This document shows, one piece after another, positions 1-5,162 of a stretch of DNA of 5,950 bases. This stretch comes from an uncultured Methanosarcinales archaeon (lineage in GTDB: Archaea > Nanobdellota > Nanobdellia > Woesearchaeales > DATDXC01): positions 1-5,950 of the forward strand of contig CAYUUQ010000084.1 of NCBI GenBank assembly GCA_964447875.1, written 5' to 3'. A program made the position numbers and the translations under genes. How positions within the stretch are numbered: the first letter of the stretch is position 1; each line of letters opens with the position of its first letter. A model generated the notes under the pieces. It made no database searches and had not been told where the DNA came from. It saw nothing but the letters and a program-made list of their open reading frames with translations.

Positions 1-1298
1 AAAACATCATCCCAGAACTAGAACTAAAAAGAACATTATCAAAGTACAAATCCGAAGCAACTATCTACAAAGGATTAAGAGGTGTTGAAACAGCTTTCTA
101 TTCATGCTTAGACATTATGAAACCAGGTGAAGAAACTTTAGTAATAGGTGCGCCCACAAGATCATCATTACTAAATCGTTTTTTTATCAAATTCCATAAA
201 GAAAGAGCAAGAAGAAAAGTAAAGATGCGTATAATCTACAATGAAAGCACAAAAAACGATCTAAGAGCTAAACCAGAAAATCTTCCATTAAGTAAGATAA
301 AGTTCTCTCCAGAAACAACTCCTTCATCAGTAAATATATACAAAGATAAAATTATTATTTTTCCAGAAACAAAAGAACCATTATTAATAGTAATAGACAG
401 TAAAGAAGTTGCTGAATCATTTAGAGTTCAATTTGAGATGCAATGGAATCAAAAAGTACAAGTTTTTGAAGGCCCGAAAAATGCAACAAAATTCTTCACA
501 GATATCCTCTCAGACCTTAAACCAGGAGAAGAATATTTTGTTCTTAATGGAAATCAAGGAATTGAATCTGTTCCGGAAATAAAGAACTTTTTCCATGAAT
601 ACCATAAAAAAAGAGAAAAGATAGGAATAAAAACTAAATTTTTATTTAATCAAAACGTAAAAGATGATATACCTAACTTAGCTAAGTCTCCAGCAGAGTA
701 TAAATATCTTCCAGCTGATTTCAAGTCTCCACTACAAATAACTTTCTACAAAAATAAACTATATATATCTCTATGGGCAAAAAAAGCAATAGGTTTCTTA
801 ATAGAAAGAAAAGACATTGTAGACGCATTTAAAGCTTATTATGAGAATCTATGGAATCAAGATACCGAAGTAACAAAGGGTTTTGACGCACTAAAGTTTG
901 CAGTTAATGATTATGTTGATCACCTAGAAAAAGATGAAAAATATACTGTTTTAGGTGCAACGTTTGGTCCAACTGGATTATCCAAAGAATATGCGAATTT
1001 TTTCAGTAAAATACATAAAAGAAGATATGAAGAAGGTATAGGTGGAAGATTATTATTTAATCCTGAAGCAAAACCAACTATAACTAAACATAGAGAATAT
1101 CATAAATATATAACAAAACCACACAATAAATACAAAATTCTCCCATATAAAACAGAATCACCGGCTGCAATATTTATATCAAAATATAAAACAATGATTA
1201 TACTACAGAAAAAAGAACCAATTATAATAACAATAAAAGGTAAGGAGGTTTCACTTGCTTTCGAAAAAAACTTTGAAGCTATGTGGAAGTTGGCTTAA
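1..1298 (+). CDS. TrmB-like regulator paralog, 5'-truncated by the window edge (the N-terminal HTH presumably lies upstream). Contains three tandem ~130-aa effector-like modules.
   Basis: The frame of the 117..1298 ORF stays open back to nt 3 with no stop codon. The extra residues NIIPELELKRTLSKYKSEATIYKGLRGVETAF align with FLPELKLKQAMHETESETTVFKGIKGAETAF of the 2945..4486 protein. Three internal modules each start with x-V/I-x-K/E-G and end with F/Y-E-x-x-W (FEMQWNQ, YENLWNQ, FEAMWKLA). Stop TAA is at 1296-1298. Confidence 0.8.
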   Translation, partial: NIIPELELKRTLSKYKSEATIYKGLRGVETAFYSCLDIMKPGEETLVIGAPTRSSLLNRFFIKFHKERARRKVKMRIIYNESTKNDLRAKPENLPLSKIKFSPETTPSSVNIYKDKIIIFPETKEPLLIVIDSKEVAESFRVQFEMQWNQKVQVFEGPKNATKFFTDILSDLKPGEEYFVLNGNQGIESVPEIKNFFHEYHKKREKIGIKTKFLFNQNVKDDIPNLAKSPAEYKYLPADFKSPLQITFYKNKLYISLWAKKAIGFLIERKDIVDAFKAYYENLWNQDTEVTKGFDALKFAVNDYVDHLEKDEKYTVLGATFGPTGLSKEYANFFSKIHKRRYEEGIGGRLLFNPEAKPTITKHREYHKYITKPHNKYKILPYKTESPAAIFISKYKTMIILQKKEPIIITIKGKEVSLAFEKNFEAMWKLA

Positions 1299-1486
1299 CC
1301 AAAAAACCTTGTTCTAGCAAAACTAGCAACAATGGCCCCAAATGTAAAAGCTGGAATTGTAACTAAAATAAACTCCATAGCAACACCCATAACATAAGCA
1401 ACAATAGCAAGTTCCACTGATTTCTTCATTCCATCCTCAAAACCTTTAAGGATTATTCTCTTCCACTCTTTTTTGTTAAGTTTCAT
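1295..1486 (-). CDS. Small membrane protein (63 aa), last gene of the minus-strand operon
   Basis: ATG at 1486 lies 2 nt downstream of the preceding gene's stop (1489-1491). A GAGGA-like ribosome-binding site sits just upstream. The basic N-terminus (MKLNKKEWKR) is followed by a long hydrophobic stretch, LAIVAYVMGVAMEFILVTIPAFTFGAIVASF. No family recognised. Confidence 0.6.
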   Translation of the reverse strand: MKLNKKEWKRIILKGFEDGMKKSVELAIVAYVMGVAMEFILVTIPAFTFGAIVASFARTRFFG

Positions 1487-1488
1487 CT

Positions 1489-2169
1489 CTATCTTCCTCT
1501 TCTTTGGTCAGTTCTTCTTCTACTTCTCATTAGTTTACTTGCTGCTTCAGCTGCTTTAAGCATATTCACTTTAGCAGTAATACCGTATGCAAAGCCGTCC
1601 TTATCATCTCTGCCTAGTTTCCAATCACTATACCCAGCATCTGCTCCTACTTCTAATGCACCCAGTTTAACACCAATTCCAGCAGTAATTCTATTTTCTA
1701 ACAAATCTCCGTCTCCAGTTAACTGAACAAGATCAACTAACCGAGGATTAAGTGTTACTCCACCTATTTTAACTTGGGTTCCAGCTTTTAACAAGGTGTT
1801 ATATCTAATAATTTCGCCTTCATCAAGATCATACCTTAGTTCTTCTGACAAAGAAACCTTAAACCTACCTAGTTTCTTATCATAAGTAATATGACCTGAA
1901 GCAATATCAGTTCTATTTTTTGATTCTTGAGTTCCATATGCTAACATTACTTTAAGATCATCAGTTAGCTTGTATGAAAAACCAACTATATCTTTGGAAA
2001 GATAAGTTCCATCTTCATCAGATCTTCTCAGTTGATTAGCAACTAAAGCTGACCTTTGACTTAATGGAACAACCTCAGTTGTAATCTGATTATACTGCCC
2101 TGCTTGAGCATGTCCTGCATAAGCAATTGCAACAGCAGTTGCTATTGCGAGTCCAGTTTGTTTTATCAT
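1489..2169 (-). CDS. Secreted beta-strand-rich protein (226 aa) with a Sec-type signal peptide and an outer-membrane-barrel-like alternating pattern
   Basis: I place the start at ATG 2167-2169, not the TTG at 2188-2190 used by the track. GGAGG lies 9 nt upstream of this ATG. The N-terminus MIKQTGLAIATAVAIAYAGHAQA/GQ looks like a signal peptide with an AxA cleavage site. The rest shows repeated dyad hydrophobic/polar strands (IVGFSYKL, LKVMLAYG, RFKVSLSEE, IIRYNTLLKAG, RITAGIGVKLG, GFAYGITAKVNM) separated by G/D/N-rich turns. The C-terminal tail is Arg-rich (SRRRTDQRRGR). Confidence 0.75.
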   Translation of the reverse strand: MIKQTGLAIATAVAIAYAGHAQAGQYNQITTEVVPLSQRSALVANQLRRSDEDGTYLSKDIVGFSYKLTDDLKVMLAYGTQESKNRTDIASGHITYDKKLGRFKVSLSEELRYDLDEGEIIRYNTLLKAGTQVKIGGVTLNPRLVDLVQLTGDGDLLENRITAGIGVKLGALEVGADAGYSDWKLGRDDKDGFAYGITAKVNMLKAAEAASKLMRSRRRTDQRRGR

Positions 2170-2170
2170 T

Positions 2171-2314
2171 TTATTGCGCCTCCATTCCAAATCTTGTTTT
2201 ACATCTATTACATATATTATTCACAATACTAGAACCACATATTCCACATATGCAATTAGCTTTAAAGTCGTGAACTATAACTTCATCATCCCCATGTAAA
2301 TGTTCAATTTCCAT
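2171..2314 (-). CDS. Zinc-ribbon micro-protein (47 aa), not in the ORF track
   Basis: Manual reverse-strand translation gives MEIEHLHGDDEVIVHDFKANCICGICGSSIVNNICNRCKTRFGMEAQ, with a CxCxxC-x8-CxxC motif. The ATG at 2314 is 1 nt after the upstream gene's stop (2316-2318). Its own stop TAA (2171-2173) is 1 nt before the next ATG (2169). It fills what would otherwise be an unexplained 125-nt gap. Confidence 0.6.
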   Translation of the reverse strand: MEIEHLHGDDEVIVHDFKANCICGICGSSIVNNICNRCKTRFGMEAQ

Positions 2315-2315
2315 T

Positions 2316-2690
2316 TTATTCGGCCCCGCTCTGAACTTCATCTACTAATTGTCCAATATCAAAATCGGCACGATCAATTAACTTACAATCAGGAAATGCT
2401 ATCTCAACTTCTGGTCTATCAATCCCATGCACTATGTAAACTGGTTTCGAATCAATGCCTAACTCAACATCTCTTTCTCTCCATCGATTAATAAGTCTCC
2501 TTGCAGAATCATAAGCAAGATGAATTCCCAAATCTAAAAATAATGCATCTATATGCTTATGATACATAAGGCCCATGGTCTCATTCTCTGAATAAGAAAA
2601 AAGAGTATGAAAAGCAGATCCAAAAACTACTCTAGTTTGATCTTGAATATTCCCATTATATCCATTACAATAAATTATTCTTGATTTCAT
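2316..2690 (-). CDS. Hypothetical cytoplasmic protein (124 aa), family not recognised
   Basis: ORF from the track. The ATG at 2688-2690 is preceded by GAGGT, which overlaps the TGA stop of the upstream micro-ORF. No signal peptide or TM segment. Weak FGS...ENE and FHTL motifs are not sufficient to assign a fold. Confidence 0.7.
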   Translation of the reverse strand: MKSRIIYCNGYNGNIQDQTRVVFGSAFHTLFSYSENETMGLMYHKHIDALFLDLGIHLAYDSARRLINRWRERDVELGIDSKPVYIVHGIDRPEVEIAFPDCKLIDRADFDIGQLVDEVQSGAE

Positions 2691-2699
2691 TTTTCAACC

Positions 2700-2822
2700 T
2701 CATAAAAACCTATAATCTTGGTATTGTTCTTCTTCTTCAGTTTCAGTACAAAACAAGCCCAATAACCATGCATAAGCACTAATTGTTGTTGCTTTCAAGT
2801 CCTGAATAATTTTTTTTATCAT
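2700..2822 (-). CDS. Micro-ORF (40 aa) with a hydrophobic core and acidic tail; first gene of the operon and not in the ORF track
   Basis: Manual translation gives MIKKIIQDLKATTISAYAWLLGLFCTETEEEEQYQDYRFL. A GAGGTGG Shine-Dalgarno sequence (complement of 2828-2834) lies 5 nt upstream of the ATG (2820-2822). The stop TGA (2700-2702) overlaps the ribosome-binding site of the 124-aa gene. Confidence 0.45.
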   Translation of the reverse strand: MIKKIIQDLKATTISAYAWLLGLFCTETEEEEQYQDYRFL

Positions 2823-2852
2823 ATCTACCACCTCAAGTTTTACCTTGTAACT

Positions 2853-2868
2853 ACTATTAAGTAATAGT
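2853..2868. promoter_or_regulatory. 16-nt palindrome ACTATTA-AG-TAATAGT between the minus-strand TATA box and its predicted start site; candidate operator
   Basis: Perfect 7-bp inverted repeat with a 2-nt spacer, read directly from the sequence. It lies immediately downstream (minus sense) of the TATA box at 2872-2879. Confidence 0.4.
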
Positions 2869-2871
2869 GAG

Positions 2872-2879
2872 TATATAAA
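2872..2879 (-). promoter_or_regulatory. Archaeal-type TATA box (TTTATATA on the minus strand) for the five-gene operon
   Basis: The plus-strand TATATAAA at 2872-2879 reads TTTATATA on the minus strand. The predicted start site near 2849 would give a ~27-nt leader containing the SD sequence. Confidence 0.5.
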
Positions 2880-2888
2880 TATTATCTC

Positions 2889-2900
2889 CCCCTAAAGGGG
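2889..2900. promoter_or_regulatory. GC-rich palindrome CCCCT-AA-AGGGG between the two divergent TATA boxes
   Basis: A 5-bp inverted repeat forms a G/C island in an otherwise A/T-rich intergenic region, roughly midway between the TATA boxes at 2872-2879 and 2915-2922. Confidence 0.35.
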
Positions 2901-2914
2901 TTGAACTAGAAAGA

Positions 2915-2922
2915 TTTATATA
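2915..2922 (+). promoter_or_regulatory. Archaeal-type TATA box (TTTATATA) for the TrmB-family gene, implying a leaderless mRNA
   Basis: A perfect TTTATATA ends 23 nt before the ATG at 2945. No SD-like motif lies in between. Confidence 0.6.
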
Positions 2923-2944
2923 GTAAAACTACACAATACCTCAT

Positions 2945-4486
2945 ATGGACTTAAGATTATTAGAGGAAATTGGTTTAACAAAAGGAGAAATAGCTGTTTA
3001 CATGGCTTTACTAGATGTAGGTTCATCAACAGTAGGTCCAATAATAGATAAAGCAAATGTTTCATCCTCAAAAGTCTATGATATTTTAGAAAGACTAATG
3101 GATAAGGGATTAGTTAGTTTCGTAATTAAATCAGGAACAAAAAATTTTGAAGCTGCTGACCCAGAAAGACTCCTTGATTATATGAAAGAAAAAAAGAGAA
3201 GCTTAAATGAACAAGAAGATAAACTAACAAAATTTCTGCCAGAATTAAAATTAAAACAAGCTATGCACGAAACAGAATCCGAAACAACAGTGTTCAAAGG
3301 CATAAAAGGTGCAGAAACTGCTTTCCAAGATATATTAAATCAAAAAGAAGAAGTGGTAGTAATGGGTTTTAGTGATGTTCCAGAAAATTTTCAAGATTTT
3401 TTAGTAAGATGGCACAATAAAAGAGCAAATAAAAAAATAAAATGTCGGGCGGTATTTGGAACAGAATTAAAAAAATTATTGAATTTATCTAAACTACCAC
3501 ATACAAAAGTAAAAGCACATCCATTAGATAATCCTATAGCTATATTGACTTATGGAGAAAAAACATTATTCTCACTAGCTAACGATAACTTATGGATCCA
3601 AGTTAAAAATAAAAGACTAGCTAGAGCAAATAAAGCCAGATTTGAAGAATTGTGGGAACAAGATACTGTAGTTACAAAAGGATTCAAAGCAATGAAACAT
3701 GCACTATATGATATGATAAATAACGTTGATCCCAAAAAAGGATATACTGCATTAAACGCTTGTTGGGGAGATGCAGAATCTAAAGAAAGATATGTCGATT
3801 TCTTCAAAGAATACCATAGAGATAGAAAAAAGAAAAAAGTCAATGCAAAATTATTATTCCAACCGAATGTTCAAGAAATACTTAACAAAAACTTAGAAAA
3901 CTATAACGAATTTTGTCAATATAAAACAATGCCTTATGAACCAGATTCACCAGTTGAAATATTTACAACAGAAAATAAAGTTATAATCATGATACAAGAA
4001 TCAAATCCAACAATCATAACTGTAAACAACAAAACTCTTGCAAAAACATTCAAAACAAGTTTTGAATCATTATGGGACCAAGATGCTAAAATAGTAAAAG
4101 GCCTAGACGGCATCCAAGATATATTTGAACAGATTCTTGCATCAGGTAGCTGTGACTTTATATCTGCAGAAGGATATTTCATGGACATGCGTCCAAAATA
4201 CATAGATGAATGGGAAAAACGGGCAATAAAACACGGGTTTAAGATGAGAAATATAGTAAACCCAGAAGCAAAAGGCCATAGAATTACGAAATTCCCATTT
4301 GCAAAAACAAAATATACCATTCCAAAAGAATTTGCAAAACTAAGCGTTATATGGATATTTGCAAATAAAGTAGTTATAGCTAATTATACTGAAAAAGAAC
4401 CTATTGCATTTGTAATAGAAAATGAAAGCTTACAGCAGATGTATAAAACACAATTTGAACTTCTTTGGAAAAAAGATAAACTATAA
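2945..4486 (+). CDS. TrmB-family transcriptional regulator (513 aa): N-terminal winged HTH, coiled-coil linker, then three tandem effector-like modules
   Basis: The N-terminus MDLRLLEEIGLTKGEIAVYMALLDVGSSTVGPIIDKANVSSSKVYDILERLMDKGLVSF is a typical TrmB-type HTH. The linker (KEKKRSLNEQEDKLTKFLPELKLKQ) is charged. The three modules span aa ~114-239, 240-379 and 380-513. Each begins xVxKG and ends FEELWEQ, FESLWDQ or FELLWKK. Confidence 0.9.
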   Translation: MDLRLLEEIGLTKGEIAVYMALLDVGSSTVGPIIDKANVSSSKVYDILERLMDKGLVSFVIKSGTKNFEAADPERLLDYMKEKKRSLNEQEDKLTKFLPELKLKQAMHETESETTVFKGIKGAETAFQDILNQKEEVVVMGFSDVPENFQDFLVRWHNKRANKKIKCRAVFGTELKKLLNLSKLPHTKVKAHPLDNPIAILTYGEKTLFSLANDNLWIQVKNKRLARANKARFEELWEQDTVVTKGFKAMKHALYDMINNVDPKKGYTALNACWGDAESKERYVDFFKEYHRDRKKKKVNAKLLFQPNVQEILNKNLENYNEFCQYKTMPYEPDSPVEIFTTENKVIIMIQESNPTIITVNNKTLAKTFKTSFESLWDQDAKIVKGLDGIQDIFEQILASGSCDFISAEGYFMDMRPKYIDEWEKRAIKHGFKMRNIVNPEAKGHRITKFPFAKTKYTIPKEFAKLSVIWIFANKVVIANYTEKEPIAFVIENESLQQMYKTQFELLWKKDKL

Positions 4487-4492
4487 CTAAAA

Positions 4493-4894
4493 ATGACAGC
4501 AGAAGAAATAGCAAACAAAGCAAGAAAATCAATAAGTACGTATTGCTATAAAGAATGTAAAGCTTACTGTTGTAGAAAAGGTTATTTAGTTCTGACAAAA
4601 AAACAACTTAATCTTATAACAAAAAACAATCCAGGAAAAGATCAAATAAAACCATTAGTGTTTAACACATTTTCATTAAACCTAAGCCAATCATGCCCAA
4701 GTTTAAAAGATTTCAAATGTGTTATCAATAAAAATAAAGATCGTCCAGATACATGTAAACAATTTCCAGTATTTATTGAAAAAGATACAGTCAGATTATC
4801 CAGTAGATGTCCAGCAATAAAAGAAGGTTTATTCTATCCTTATATCTATGAATGGATTGCATTAGGCTATAATATAATTGAAGGAAAAATCTAA
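4493..4894 (+). CDS. YkgJ-family (UPF0153, CxxCxxCC-type) cysteine-cluster protein, 133 aa
   Basis: It carries an N-terminal cluster C-x3-C-x3-CC (YCYKECKAYCCRKG). A second block, SCPSL...FKCVINKNKDRPDTCKQFP, matches the CP.L...C.IY..RP..C..FP signature of this family. It starts 6 nt after the regulator's stop, so it is probably co-transcribed. Confidence 0.85.
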   Translation: MTAEEIANKARKSISTYCYKECKAYCCRKGYLVLTKKQLNLITKNNPGKDQIKPLVFNTFSLNLSQSCPSLKDFKCVINKNKDRPDTCKQFPVFIEKDTVRLSSRCPAIKEGLFYPYIYEWIALGYNIIEGKI

Positions 4895-4977
4895 CCACTG
4901 GACATGCCCCATTCTTAAGAATTTATAATAATTAGAAGCTATATCTCTAAAATCCAATACCACTGGACACTGGACAT
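4894..4977 (+). repeat. Direct repeats of ACCACTGGACA (4894-4904 and 4959-4969) plus an overlapping third ACTGGACAT (4969-4977), flanking the perfect palindrome ATTCTTAAGAAT (4911-4922)
   Basis: Read directly from the sequence. ACTGGACA occurs at 4897-4904, 4962-4969 and 4969-4976. Confidence 0.4.
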
Positions 4978-4990
4978 ATGTGCGTAGCAC

Positions 4991-4998
4991 TTATAAAT
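4991..4998 (+). promoter_or_regulatory. TATA-like box (TTATAAAT) upstream of the tRNA-like element / micro-ORF
   Basis: It ends about 22 nt before position 5020. This is the same geometry as the TrmB-gene promoter. Confidence 0.4.
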
Positions 4999-5019
4999 AA
5001 AGAATTCTAAAAAAAGAAA

Positions 5020-5125
5020 ATGGTGGCCAAGTTTGCTAAAAGCAAACTTAAATTTGCAAAAGCAAATTCAACCACAAAAGCACTTAGTCAAAAACTAAGT
5101 TAGTACCTAACCCATAGAATATATG
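5020..5125 (+). ncRNA. Degenerate tRNA-like, hairpin-rich element paralogous to the adjacent tRNA. Alternative reading: a leaderless 27-aa cationic micro-ORF at 5020-5103.
   Basis: GGTGGCCAA (5022-5030) matches the tRNA at 5168-5176. GTTAGTACCTAACCCATA (5099-5116) matches 5207-5224 at 17 of 18 positions. The anticodon-stem equivalent CTTAG/CTAAG (5083-5087/5095-5099) differs from the tRNA's CCTAG/CTAGG by a compensatory pair. Two extra hairpins, AAGTTTGCT-AAA-AGCAAACTT (5029-5049) and AATTTGC-AAAA-GCAAATT (5051-5068), sit where the D-loop would be. There is no acceptor 5' strand and no T-arm. The ATG at 5020 opens MVAKFAKSKLKFAKANSTTKALSQKLS, with the stop at 5101-5103. Confidence 0.4.
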
Positions 5126-5137
5126 ATATAGATCAAC

Positions 5138-5145
5138 TATATAAA
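5138..5145 (+). promoter_or_regulatory. TATA-like box (TATATAAA) upstream of the tRNA gene
   Basis: It ends 17 nt before the tRNA 5' end. That spacing is somewhat short, so the call is tentative. Confidence 0.35.
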
Positions 5146-5162
5146 CATTTTGTTTGTGCAAT

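Noticed and set aside
2170-2190. TTG-initiated 7-codon N-terminal extension (MEWRRNK) of the beta-rich protein, as given in the track
   Set aside because: The ATG at 2169 has a GGAGG 9 nt upstream and begins directly with a signal peptide. The extension would also overlap the 3' end of the zinc-ribbon micro-ORF.
2300-2491. 63-aa plus-strand ORF from the track
   Set aside because: It lies entirely antisense to the 124-aa gene and the zinc-ribbon micro-ORF. It has no TATA box or SD sequence, and its composition is low-complexity and Leu/Gln/His-rich, typical of a shadow ORF in AT-rich DNA.
2316-2690. Assigning the 124-aa protein to the minimal nucleotidyltransferase (GS...D.D) or 2H-phosphoesterase (HxT) families
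   Set aside because: Only single weak motif fragments are present (FGS...ENE and FHTL). The second catalytic motif is missing in each case, and the length does not fit the 2H fold.
3550-3843. 97-aa minus-strand ORF
   Set aside because: It is antisense to the well-supported TrmB-family CDS. Its Phe/Leu/Ser-rich composition comes from reverse-complemented Lys/Glu codons, and it has no start context.
3934-4320. 128-aa minus-strand ORF
   Set aside because: It is an antisense shadow of the TrmB-family CDS with no recognisable motifs or expression signals.
4401-4598. 65-aa minus-strand ORF spanning the TrmB/YkgJ junction
   Set aside because: It is antisense to two supported plus-strand genes. 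It is hydrophobic and low-complexity, typical of AT-rich antisense frames.
5029-5068. The twin hairpins as a mini CRISPR array
   Set aside because: There are only two short imperfect copies, each itself palindromic and directly adjacent to the other, with no spacer-sized unique segments.
5020-5125. The tRNA-like element as the 5' half of a split tRNA gene (Nanoarchaeum style)
   Set aside because: The would-be acceptor 5' strand is A/T-rich (AAAATGG). No GC-rich trans-pairing tail follows the anticodon region. The adjacent tRNA already has both acceptor strands.
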